64,000 nt of DNA from a virus: positions 51,973-115,972 of the IMG/VR virus record IMGVR_UViG_3300028392_000038, one strand, 5' to 3'. Of the stretch, positions 29,173 to 39,900 are shown one piece after another. The position numbers and the translations under genes are program-made. Within the stretch, counting starts at the first letter, position 1. Each line of letters starts with the position of its first letter. Below the pieces are notes generated by a model. That model saw only the letters and a list, made by a program, of their open reading frames with translations. It ran no database searches and was not told the DNA's origin.

Positions 29173-29838
29173 ATGAAAAAGTTTTCTAAATTAATAACAG
29201 AATCAAAACAAGAAACATGGACAAAACATCCATTAGTCAATCCTGTTGATTGGGATGAGATATTCAAACCTTTGATAGAACACATTGAAAGTAATCTTAT
29301 ATCAAAAGTTCCACCTCCGGGTGAAGGAATTTTTAGTAGTAAAACTAAAGGAGCTTTAGATAATCTAATAGATTCAATTTCTGAAGACTACTCTCAATAT
29401 TTTCAAAATGTTGTTGCTGATGGATCACAAGAATCATTCTTTAGTGCGTATGATATAAAAGTATCTTATAATGATATTATGGATTGTATTCAACCTATTT
29501 TAGACCAAACAAATGATATTGAGGATTATCCAAATTGGGATGGTGGTTATCTTTACATAGGTGCCAAAAATTTGAACTATAGAAATTTAGAAGAATTTAT
29601 AGAAGATATAGAAGATATTCATTTAAAGTTAAAAATGTTGAATGTTGATTATAAAATCCAAATACATACCGATAATACAGATGTGAATCTAATCAAAACA
29701 TCTACAGATATAACTAAGAAAATAAAAGATGTAACTGATTTACCTGGATCATCTTCCGAGAAGGCGGTTAAATCAATTAAGGAAGTTTCAATTTTCATTT
29801 TCAATAAAGAAACGGTTCAAGTCGGAGATTTAGACTAA
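29173..29838 (+). CDS. hypothetical protein with N-terminal tag
   Basis: MKKFSKLITES; TAATATATA upstream. Confidence 0.7.
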   Translation: MKKFSKLITESKQETWTKHPLVNPVDWDEIFKPLIEHIESNLISKVPPPGEGIFSSKTKGALDNLIDSISEDYSQYFQNVVADGSQESFFSAYDIKVSYNDIMDCIQPILDQTNDIEDYPNWDGGYLYIGAKNLNYRNLEEFIEDIEDIHLKLKMLNVDYKIQIHTDNTDVNLIKTSTDITKKIKDVTDLPGSSSEKAVKSIKEVSIFIFNKETVQVGDLD

Positions 29839-29842
29839 TAAA

Positions 29843-29865
29843 AAAACCCACTAAAAAGTGGGTTT
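29843..29865. terminator. intrinsic terminator between convergent genes
   Basis: AAACCCACT-AAAA-AGTGGGTTT. Confidence 0.7.
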
Positions 29866-29888
29866 AATTTTTTTACAAAAAAATCTAA

Positions 29889-30242
29889 TTATTTCTTTTC
29901 AGAAGGTTTAGCTTTTTTCACAGCTGGTTTAGCAGAAGGTTTAGCAACTGTTTTTGTAGCTGGTTTAACTTGCTTCGCAGCAGGCTTAGCAACTGGTTTT
30001 TCAGTCTTAGGTTCAGTCTTTGCTTTAGACTTAATATCTTTAGCAGTAACTTTTTTCTCTTCTTTCTTTTCAGCAGCTATTTCAGCTAATCTGTTTTCAA
30101 TTACTTTAGTTGGTTCTTCAACTTTAGCTTTCTCAACTTTAGGAGCCTCAGTTTTTTCAACTGTTACAACTGGCTTTTCGGCTATAGTAATAGCTTCTTC
30201 TTTCTTTCCAAATAGATTTTTAAAGAATGATAATATACTCAT
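29889..30242 (-). CDS. Lys/Ala/Pro-rich (histone H1-like) protein
   Basis: KPVAKPAAKQVKPATKTVAKPSAKPAVKKAK; amphipathic N-terminus MSILSFFKNLFG. Confidence 0.65.
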   Translation of the reverse strand: MSILSFFKNLFGKKEEAITIAEKPVVTVEKTEAPKVEKAKVEEPTKVIENRLAEIAAEKKEEKKVTAKDIKSKAKTEPKTEKPVAKPAAKQVKPATKTVAKPSAKPAVKKAKPSEKK

Positions 30243-30352
30243 AATTTAGTTTATTTTTTATTATATATCTATTTCTTTATCTTCCCTCTATAAAAAACCT
30301 CAAAAATTCCACAAATTTAAACACTTAGTATTATTTTATATATAACAATGAG

Positions 30353-31084
30353 ATGAAATTTAGATATGATAAAGAAACTGAAGAAATAGTTGTTACGTCA
30401 GCAACTAGAATTGAATACCACCAAGTTGGTCTTTGGTTAACTCGTCATGTCAAAGGATATAGATATATGCCAGCATTTAAAATGGGTGTTTGGAATGGAC
30501 AACAAACCTATTTCAAAAATGGTAGAGTAAATATAGGTCTTTGGAAAGAAGCTATGAGGGGATGTAAAGAAATTGATGCTCCTTTTATTTTAGAAAATAA
30601 AGAAGACTTTCCACTAAACAAAGATGTAACATTAGAAAAGGTTAAAAACTTCTGTAATGAATTCTTTAAGGATCATAAAGTTAAAACTAAAGATGGTCAA
30701 TGGGTTCCTTTTACACCCTATGAACATCAAATAGAATCAGCATTTAAAATACTTAAAAATAGATTCTGTATGGCAGAGGTTGCTACATCTGGTGGTAAGT
30801 CACTAATCATATCTATAGTAATGTTTTATACATTAAAGAATATGAATCCAGATGCTAAGTTTCTTATCATAGTTCCATCAATTACTTTAGTTACTCAGTT
30901 CTATGATGATTTATTAAAAAATTTCCACGGAGAGAACAATATTACTAATATATATAATAATTATTATTTGGAGATAGAATTGGTTGATAATACTATTTTA
31001 AAATTAAAACCAAATGATAAAATAATAACAAAAAATAGAGGAGAAATTTTTGCAAAAGATTTAACTGAGCTAGACGAAATATGA
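30353..31084 (+). CDS. uvsW: UvsW-like SF2 helicase, N-terminal half, with intein-like tail
   Basis: Q-motif PYEHQ, Walker A ATSGGKS, motif Ia IVPSITLVTQ; last 40 aa resemble the end of an IntN fragment. Confidence 0.85.
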   Translation: MKFRYDKETEEIVVTSATRIEYHQVGLWLTRHVKGYRYMPAFKMGVWNGQQTYFKNGRVNIGLWKEAMRGCKEIDAPFILENKEDFPLNKDVTLEKVKNFCNEFFKDHKVKTKDGQWVPFTPYEHQIESAFKILKNRFCMAEVATSGGKSLIISIVMFYTLKNMNPDAKFLIIVPSITLVTQFYDDLLKNFHGENNITNIYNNYYLEIELVDNTILKLKPNDKIITKNRGEIFAKDLTELDEI

Positions 31085-32322
31085 GAAAACTGGAGAAAAA
31101 TGAGATTTTAGAAAAATTCAAAGAAAAGCACAGTAATAATTATGACTACTCAAAGTTTGAGTATGTCGGTTATCACAAAAAAACAATAATAATATGTAAA
31201 ATACATGGTGGATTTTTACAAACTCCATCTAAGCATATAATAGGACAAGGATGTAAAATATGTAATATTAAATATTCTATTGGTGAGATAAAAGATAAGT
31301 TATATAAAATACACGGAGATAAATATGATTTTATTTTTGATGATGATGTAATAGATACTAGATCGAAAATAAAAATAAAATGTAATCATGGAATAAAAGA
31401 ATTACAAATACGATCTTTATTACAAGGACAAGGATGTATTTCTTGTAAGGGTAAAAAATGGACAGAGTTTGACCTGAAGAATTATCTAATTAAAATTCAT
31501 AGTGAATTAGTATATGAAGATGGATTTATGAATGGTCAATTTCTAAAAGTTATTTGTAAAGAACATGGTGATTTTAATATTAAAAAGGATAGACATTTAA
31601 GTGGACAGGGTTGTCCAAAATGTTCTAAAAGAAAAAAATATGACCAAACATTTTTTATAGATTCTATTAGTAAAAAATTTAATAATTTAAGTTATGATAA
31701 TTGTATTTTTATTTCTTTTAATAAAAAGGTTATAATAACTTGTACAAAACATGGAGATTTTGAAACGTATCCTAGTTATCTATTAAATGGTAATGGTTGT
31801 AAAATATGTAGAAATGAAAATAATTCACATTCCAAAGAATATTTTTTACAAAAATGTTTAGAAAGACATCCAGAAATAGATCATAGTATTTTAGAATATA
31901 ATGGTGTTAATAATAATATTAAATTGATTTGTAAGAAACATGGTATATTTGAACAAAAGGCGGGGTATTATTTGAATTATAGCAAAGGTTGTAAATATTG
32001 TAATGAGACAAAGGGAGAGAAACAAATTAGAATTTATTTAGAAAATAACAACCTAAAATATAAACAACAATATAAAAATCATGGATTTATTTTTGATTTT
32101 TATATACCAGATTACAATACATATATAGAGTTTAATGGTAGACAACATTATGAACCTATAGAATTTTTTGGTGGTGTTAAGTCATATAATAAACAATTAT
32201 CAAAAGATAAATTAAAAGATCAAATTTTAAAAAATGAGAATATAAAATTGATAAAAATAGGATATTGGCAAATAAATAAAGTTGATTGTATTTTAAAAAA
32301 AGAATTAATAAATGAAAATTAA
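31081..32322 (+). mobile_element. homing endonuclease gene fracturing the helicase (five Zn repeats plus Vsr-like domain)
   Basis: Repeated CKxHG...GxGCxxC; FDFYIPDYNTYIEFNGRQHY; overlaps both helicase halves. Confidence 0.85.
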
Positions 32323-33313
32323 AAGAATATCTAAAATAAAAATAGATGATGAAATAAGAGTAGAAGAAATAATGTCAGATAGACCAAGAAAATTCTCAGG
32401 TACTGAAAATCCTAACTTTTATATTGGCACTTATCAATCTTTAGAAAAGTGGCCTAAAACATTTTTTCAGCAATTTCACACGGTGGCTTGTGATGAGGCA
32501 CATGGTTCAAAAAGTAAGACAATAACATCTATTCTAGAAAATACTTTTAAACATGCTTATTCAAGATTTGGAGTCTCTGGTACTTTTCCGGAAGATGATA
32601 CTTGTGAAATACTAACCATACAATCTGTATTAGGTCCAAAGATTACAGAGGTTTCCGCAAATGAATTAAAAGAAAAGGGTATCATCACACCAATGGATAT
32701 TAAAGTTGTGATAATGAATCATAATGACTCTGAATTTGCTGAAAGAATTAATATAATAAAGAAAAGTGGAAATGGTAAAGACGCATTTGATTTAGAAAAA
32801 GATTATATTCATATCTCTGAAAGAAGATTAGACTTCATTAAAAAGATAGTAGATAAATGTGACTCAAATACATTACTACTATTTCATACAATTGAATATG
32901 GTCAAAGTATTTTTAATAAGTTACAGAAAGAATGCTCTGATAAGGAATTTTATTATATTGATGGTGAGATATCTGGTAAGAAAAGAGAAGTTATTAAAAA
33001 AGAAATGGATAAAACCGATGGTAAAACCAAAGTATTATGTGCGAGTTTTGGGACATTATCTACAGGTGTCTCGATTAATGCCATCTTCAATGTTATATTT
33101 GCTGATTCATTTAAGTCAGAACAAATTATTATACAATCAATAGGTCGTGCTCTTCGTTTACATGATGATAAAAAGAAAGCTAATATATTTGACTTAGTTG
33201 ATGTTTTCTCATCAGGTGAGATGTCTAATATTTTGTACAGACATTTTAAAGAAAGAGAGAAGTTTTATATTAAAAGACAGTATCCTTATAAAATTACTAA
33301 AATTAATCTATAA
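32312..33313 (+). CDS. uvsW: UvsW-like SF2 helicase, C-terminal half
   Basis: GTYQSL, CDEAH (motif II), SGT (III), STGVSI (V), QSIGRALR (VI); starts MKIKRISKIK. Confidence 0.88.
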   Translation: MKIKRISKIKIDDEIRVEEIMSDRPRKFSGTENPNFYIGTYQSLEKWPKTFFQQFHTVACDEAHGSKSKTITSILENTFKHAYSRFGVSGTFPEDDTCEILTIQSVLGPKITEVSANELKEKGIITPMDIKVVIMNHNDSEFAERINIIKKSGNGKDAFDLEKDYIHISERRLDFIKKIVDKCDSNTLLLFHTIEYGQSIFNKLQKECSDKEFYYIDGEISGKKREVIKKEMDKTDGKTKVLCASFGTLSTGVSINAIFNVIFADSFKSEQIIIQSIGRALRLHDDKKKANIFDLVDVFSSGEMSNILYRHFKEREKFYIKRQYPYKITKINL

Positions 33314-34918
33314 TTACTTACTAGATTGAGCATCTTCTACATCCTTAGATGTTATTAAAGTGTAAGTAAATTTATTACCATACTTAGCTTTATGTTTATC
33401 TAATAGTCCAAATATTTGATCTAAGTGAGATGGATCTGGTATAACTTGACATCCTTCTGACCAATTATAAACACCATATGTATTTTTACCTTGAGCTCTA
33501 TTAAATGCTTTATGTATTAACATACCTGCTGATCCAGAACCTTCCTTACTAAAGGTTAATTTATCATCACCATTTGCAGCATCTCTATAAAACTTTTGAA
33601 CACCTGGTCTTAAACATTTTTCACCATGATACTCACCAATTTGCCAAGAGTCAACATACTGAGCCGGTTTCAATATTCCTAATCCCCCTCTTTCTTTAAT
33701 TTTAGGTATATCTTTGTGTAGAATAGAGTACTTACCACCAACCTGAGAATCTCCTTTACTTCCATATTTACCTGGTATAGTAGAGATAGGAAACCAAACA
33801 ACTTTTGATGCTCCTTCATCATTTTTATAAACAAGATAAATTCTATCTTTGAATTGGTTTGAATATCCTTGGCCAGGATATTGATATCTAACTCCAATTA
33901 TATTCATTTGCCATGCTTTATCATAAACAACATATCCTTTTTTCCTAAGAGCTTTCAAAATTGTTTCAGCATCAGCATTTACTTCTTTTGATGCAGGTGG
34001 AATATTATCAGCAGTTATAGGTGGCCCACCTGGAGTACCTGGTTCGGTGGTGGGTTGATTAACATTACCATTGGTGTCACCAGCAGCAGTAGTTAAAGTA
34101 CCTTCAATCGGAGTGGCTGACTTAGGTGTGAAAGTAATAGGTTCTTTCATAACCAACTCATTCTTCTGAATTGTTGATTTCCAAGTATCACCAACTTGAC
34201 CATCTGTTACTCTATTATCCTGTGTAGGTATAATAGATGAATCTATATAACCATTGTCATTTAAATTAACATTCTTAGAAAGAAATTTAGGATCTTTAAG
34301 AGCTTTATACTTTGCAAGAACATCTATAAATGATGAATTAGCAACAACCGGAGCTAATAGATTACCTAAGTAAGGTCCATTTAATAAGTTATCTACAAAC
34401 TCATCAAACCAATTTAAGAAGTTAGTACCAAGTATAGCTTGTTGATTTGCATTACCAGAACCAATATTAATAGTACCCATATTATCTTTTAGATTCATAT
34501 CAATACCACCATCTCTTAAATTTATTTGAGTTATCTTATAATCTAAAACAACACCCTCTTTATCATTAACAAAAAATTGAGTTTTATGATCAAAGAAAAT
34601 AGACTTCATTGAAGTATAATCTTTACCATCTAAATTTTGTAACTTCTTTTCTAAATTTATATTATAATGTTCAGAATATAAAAATTCAGGTTTGTATATA
34701 TTTCCTTGATCAAAAACAATAGTAACTATTTTACCCTTTTCAGGAACATTAAATCCATTACCATTCAAGTCTTTCCAAGGATTAGCCCAGGGTATATCCT
34801 CTGTAGGTATTTCATCAAATATATCCAATGCTCTAACTTTAACCCTTCCGAGTTTTTTAGGATCATCATTATCTTCGACTACACCAATATAAGTTTTATT
34901 AGCTTCAACTTGAATCAT
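33314..34918 (-). CDS. baseplate hub/spike protein (gp5-like OB fold) with L,D-peptidase-like C-terminal domain
   Basis: YIGVVEDNDDPKKLGRVKVR...IPWA...VPEKG; C-terminal LIHKAF...NWSEGCQV. Confidence 0.8.
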   Translation of the reverse strand: MIQVEANKTYIGVVEDNDDPKKLGRVKVRALDIFDEIPTEDIPWANPWKDLNGNGFNVPEKGKIVTIVFDQGNIYKPEFLYSEHYNINLEKKLQNLDGKDYTSMKSIFFDHKTQFFVNDKEGVVLDYKITQINLRDGGIDMNLKDNMGTINIGSGNANQQAILGTNFLNWFDEFVDNLLNGPYLGNLLAPVVANSSFIDVLAKYKALKDPKFLSKNVNLNDNGYIDSSIIPTQDNRVTDGQVGDTWKSTIQKNELVMKEPITFTPKSATPIEGTLTTAAGDTNGNVNQPTTEPGTPGGPPITADNIPPASKEVNADAETILKALRKKGYVVYDKAWQMNIIGVRYQYPGQGYSNQFKDRIYLVYKNDEGASKVVWFPISTIPGKYGSKGDSQVGGKYSILHKDIPKIKERGGLGILKPAQYVDSWQIGEYHGEKCLRPGVQKFYRDAANGDDKLTFSKEGSGSAGMLIHKAFNRAQGKNTYGVYNWSEGCQVIPDPSHLDQIFGLLDKHKAKYGNKFTYTLITSKDVEDAQSSK

Positions 34919-34957
34919 AAAATTATATATTAATAAAAAGTTCCTCTTATAATAATT

Positions 34958-36967
34958 TTATAAAGGTCTTTTGGCTTTATTAAATAAATTTGAAATTGAC
35001 TCACCAACAAAGTTTTCAAAAGCATCTCTAACCAATTTAGATGATAAATATAATTCACCATTAAATTGTGAGTCATATATATTCTTAGGTGGTAACATAG
35101 AATTATACCCGGCACTACTAGCCATAGTATTTAGAGTCTTAGTTAAAAGAGCTGTTCTTTTTGCTATAACTTGATTAACAGCAGCAATTCCAGTATTAAC
35201 AATTCTTTTTGCAAATCTAGCACCAGCACTATCAGAGTTTAACCATGATTCTTTTGGTGCTCTGGATTTTTCAGAATCTAGTTCTTTCTTACTTAATTCA
35301 TCATTCTTTTTCTTAAACTCAGTAGTAACTGAATTATCATAGATAAGTTTAAGATTGGATTCTTCTTCCTTACTCATGGACGCATTTTTTTCTTTGAATG
35401 TCTCTCCGGGTGGAACAGGTTCATATAATAGAGCTGAATTTTCTATTATATTATCACTACTGGCTGATTTTATTCTTGCTATATTAATAGACTTCTTTTC
35501 TGTAGAGTTTTTGTCTAGTTCCATTTGAGATTTTTCATAATCAAAAAAAGATTTTTTCATATCTTCAACAGATCCAACATTTTGCAATGATGAAAATCTT
35601 GGATTATTTGATAAATTGGGTTTATCTTGTCCAGAAGTTTTAACAGCATTTATATCATTTCCTTTATTTGGCGGACCAGATGGGTCTCCTTCACCAGCAC
35701 CATTAGCGGATGTTTTGTCTTTAAGAGCACCATTAGAGTCAGTTCCCATACCATCAGAGTTTTTATTACTTGATTGACTCTGATTTGAGTTATTTTGAGT
35801 GTTTGGATCATTTGATACGGTTTGAACATCATTATACCTAACAATATCAACAATTGCTTGTGGTACACTGGCAGATACCGCCTCACCAATTGTTGAATTA
35901 GTTGAACTAATAGGAACAGTATATTCTAAAAATCTATCAAAGGGGGTTACTGTAAATGGATTATATGAACCATTATTTAAACTACCATATGCTTCGGATA
36001 TTGGATCAAAAGCATCTACCCTCATAGTTGAGTGTTTATATGTAAATCCTACACTATATCCCTCATATGCAGCTGGTTGAGTCGCTAAATCAATAACATC
36101 ACCGTGTGGCATCTTATCAAAGAATAGTTGACAATCATATAAAGTATAAACATATCTATTAACATTATCTCTTAATGTTTGTAAACCAGATAATGGATCA
36201 TCTCCTAAAACATTTTGCAACTTCACAAAGTTTCTAACTTCCGAAACTATTATATCACAATCAAACCTTAATAGGTTCTCCGGAATCATAGTTTTTCCAG
36301 ACATTCTAGACCAATAAAGTGATTTGTAAAGGGCAGCCATTCTACCTACTCTTAAAGTAACATCTTCTGTGAAATCCAACTTAATCATATCTTTACCATA
36401 ATCAACAAATGAGTTTGGTGTCTCCATAGTATTTGCTTCTACTAATCCATCTAACCCAGTTACTTTAGTTAGATAATAATAGAATCTAGAATTAACTGGG
36501 TTATCAGGATCTGCTGATTGACCAAGTGGTTGTGTATCTAAATTAGATCTAAAAAATTGAAAAAATGTTTTCTTAAAACTTTCCCAAACAACCCTTCTTG
36601 ATACCATTTCATCACTTGTTACAATATTACTATCAAAAAAACTCTGAACACTTTCTTGAATAACTGATGAAAAAAGAGGAGACTCTTGAGTTCTGATTAT
36701 CAAATCAAATCCAAACATTACGGGATCTTCCTTAGCCGCTCTATTACCAGTATCTGGTCCAAATGGTGAATAATCTACAGTATTCTTAAATAAGTCTAAT
36801 GGTATTTGACTAACCTCTGATAAGCCATGTCTGAAAAGATCTTGACCACCATCATTGAAAAGAGCATATAAATTTCTAGTTGGTATGGGTTTAGGACCAC
36901 CTCTTTCAAATGGTGATGTTGTAAGATTCTTATCAAATCTTTCTTTGGTTGTTAGAAATTTTGCCAT
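34958..36967 (-). CDS. putative tail/baseplate structural protein
   Basis: 669 aa within the baseplate cluster; IPENLLRFDCDIIVSEVR; low-complexity C-half; late promoter. Confidence 0.5.
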   Translation of the reverse strand: MAKFLTTKERFDKNLTTSPFERGGPKPIPTRNLYALFNDGGQDLFRHGLSEVSQIPLDLFKNTVDYSPFGPDTGNRAAKEDPVMFGFDLIIRTQESPLFSSVIQESVQSFFDSNIVTSDEMVSRRVVWESFKKTFFQFFRSNLDTQPLGQSADPDNPVNSRFYYYLTKVTGLDGLVEANTMETPNSFVDYGKDMIKLDFTEDVTLRVGRMAALYKSLYWSRMSGKTMIPENLLRFDCDIIVSEVRNFVKLQNVLGDDPLSGLQTLRDNVNRYVYTLYDCQLFFDKMPHGDVIDLATQPAAYEGYSVGFTYKHSTMRVDAFDPISEAYGSLNNGSYNPFTVTPFDRFLEYTVPISSTNSTIGEAVSASVPQAIVDIVRYNDVQTVSNDPNTQNNSNQSQSSNKNSDGMGTDSNGALKDKTSANGAGEGDPSGPPNKGNDINAVKTSGQDKPNLSNNPRFSSLQNVGSVEDMKKSFFDYEKSQMELDKNSTEKKSINIARIKSASSDNIIENSALLYEPVPPGETFKEKNASMSKEEESNLKLIYDNSVTTEFKKKNDELSKKELDSEKSRAPKESWLNSDSAGARFAKRIVNTGIAAVNQVIAKRTALLTKTLNTMASSAGYNSMLPPKNIYDSQFNGELYLSSKLVRDAFENFVGESISNLFNKAKRPL

Positions 36968-36986
36968 AGTGTTCTATATATTAATT

Positions 36987-39900
36987 TTATGCAGTACTAT
37001 CTAGTTTAGTATAAAGTTTACCAAGTTCTGTAGTTGTAATTAAATCCTTAGCATTAAATCCTAAATTAGATAATTCACTATTAAATGGAGACCAATAGTT
37101 AGGTATAAGACTCTTCTTAATCTCAAAGTGATGATATTCAACAACACCGTGTCCTTTGACAACACCATTCGCTGGATCACTACCACCCCATTCAGCACCC
37201 CAAGTTATATCACCTTGTGACTTAACCCATGTCCATATAGCCTTGGTTAATTGAGGATCCGCCGCTAGATTTTTGTTATCTCCTATTCCTAACCAGTTAA
37301 GTTTAACACCTTGTTTGTTATAAACATAATAATCTCTCTTATATGCTGGTCCAAATAATATATCAATAGCTAATCCTGATCCGTGTAATGATCCTGCAGC
37401 TCTTGCTCCTCCACCTTTTAATGAAGCAGCTAAATCTCTACAAATACCATTATTTCCTAACTTAGTTTTAAATCCTTGTGAAGTAAGATAAGCACCCAAA
37501 TCATCAACTATCTTTATCAATCTATGTCCAGCGACACCTTGTCCACTACTAGCGATATATTTTAAACCACTTTTAGTTTTTACTAAAAGTTTTCCAGCTT
37601 TAAGTGGCTCCGTTGGTTTTGGAGCAACTACAGTAGGTTGAGGAGTAGATGCAGTACTAGTTACTGGTTGAACTAAAGGAGGAGCATCTGTATTTGTCAA
37701 ATCAGTTGGATTTGTTGTTTTCTCAACTTGATTATTTGGTGGAATAGCACCGTCCGCAGCTTCTTCAGCTAATATTTGTTCTTCATCAAATTCTTCTTTT
37801 GACACTTCTAACTCTCTCTTAATTAAAGAAACCTCTTGATTATAGGATCCTCCACTATAAATAAATTTTATCTCAGTTATAAACCAATCACCTGATATTC
37901 TTTCATTTTTAATTTTAGCAGATGGTGAAGATCCTTTATTTGTAAGTAGCAATACAACTTTTTGAAATCTATATAAATTATAATTTGGACTTGGTAATGT
38001 TAATTTAATTCCTATCTTTTGTAAGTCATCTATATTTTGTGAGTTATGCACATATGAATAATTATAATTCGCATGTGCGTTATCAGGATCTAATTTACCA
38101 ACATAAGTAGTATTAACATTTTCCTTATAAAAATTTTCGTCCTGAGGAGATCCTTTCATAATAATTGATTTACTACCTTCTGATGTTATAGAGTCTATAT
38201 CAAATATTAAATATTCCTTTTTAAAAGAATCATAATATTTTGAGACATTCAAATAACCCTTTTCTAAAGAAACAGATGTTGAATTATTTAAAATTTTATA
38301 TTCACTCACATATGAATCAGTCTCTTGAACTGATCTATCATTACTTAATGATATTCTTTGAACTCTTTTATCATCACCTGTAACATCTTTACCAAATCCA
38401 GATGAATCAACTCCCTTATCTTCTGAAGCATCTCTTGATAATTCTTTTTCAATATCTACATAGTTAAAGTTATAGAAAAAGTCAATGTAACCATATGAAA
38501 ACCCTTCATCAGAAATATATGAGTAAGATAAAATTTCATCCATGAAATCATATACTTTCTGTCCTGTATTTATCCAAGTCATTTGATCTTTTGAATCGGT
38601 TATATTTGAATTGAATCCTAGACCAACTTCCTTACAAATATCTTGAAGAGCAAAAAAGCTAGTTTTTTTACTATATGATTTGAACTTACGTAAATGCAAA
38701 CCATTAACATTTAAAACTCCTTTGATTGTATATACATCTCCGTTTACAGAAAAATTAGATATTTTAAATTCTAATAAAATATGTCTAATATTTTTTGTTC
38801 TAGATGATAAGAATATTTTTATTTTAGTATCATCTAAAGGAAAACCCTTATCTTTCATCAAGTTCATACTATCTTTAAAAGATAAAGTTAGTGTTGGTAA
38901 AAGGCCACTATGATAAAGAGCAAAGTATTCTATATCTCTATCATCAATTTGATAGGCATTATACCAAACAAAAGGTCTTGTACCGATATCAGATGCCCAT
39001 TCTTTTAAGAATTTCTTAGACTCTCCTTTATGTTTTATTTTAATAGGTTCAACTTTAATAGTTGGAGGGAAAATGTTACTTAAACCAGGAGTTACCTCAT
39101 CAATTTTTTGAGGATTATCTTCATTTTCATCACCCTTAGAACTCTCTTGAGCTACCGGTTCATTAGATGGTGTAGTTGTAGTATCAACTGGAGAAGAAGC
39201 AGTCGCAGTTTGCACACCAGTGGTAGTTGGTGGAGTAACAGGAGTTGGTGGTATATTTGGATTTGGTGGTAAACTACCACCAGTTATCAGCTTATAAAAA
39301 AGAGGAGCTCTATTTCTAGCCTTTGTGAACCCACCTAAAGTATCCTTAGGAAATACTATATCTCCATCACCACCAGTATAAATACCTTCTTCATAATGAA
39401 GAGCCACTGGTTTACCACCTTCAGTTTTACCAGGACCAGCAGTTGATTGATATAAAATTCTTACAGCTGCTGCTATATCTTTTATACTATTCATAGTATC
39501 AATAGAACTATTACCTTTAGTAATACCATATTGACTAAATAAAGTGGCTTTCATTGAACTAAAACTATTAATATAGTATTGGACAAGAGCTTTAGCTGCT
39601 GTATCCAAATTTTCCATTAACTCTGGTTTGGCATTTAAGTCTAAGTTTAATCCTTTTCCTATATTTTGATAGTTACCTCTAAAGGTTAACTGATTAAATC
39701 CTCTACCTCTGAATGTCCATCCATCTTGTGTTGGTGGAGCACCATTACCGTAGTTATCACCATATACAATACTAAAAAATTGTTTCTGGTCTGTCTTAAT
39801 AACATCTATTTGAGCATCTGTATAAGATTTAAATCTTTTTCCAAAAATAGTTCTAATTCTAGCAGCCGAAGTTGTAGCATATGAACCTTCTCCCTTTGGA

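Noticed and set aside
31081-32322. Endonuclease inside a self-splicing intron or a canonical cis-intein
   Set aside because: The ORFs overlap both helicase halves with no non-coding ribozyme sequence, the frames differ, and intein catalytic residues are absent.
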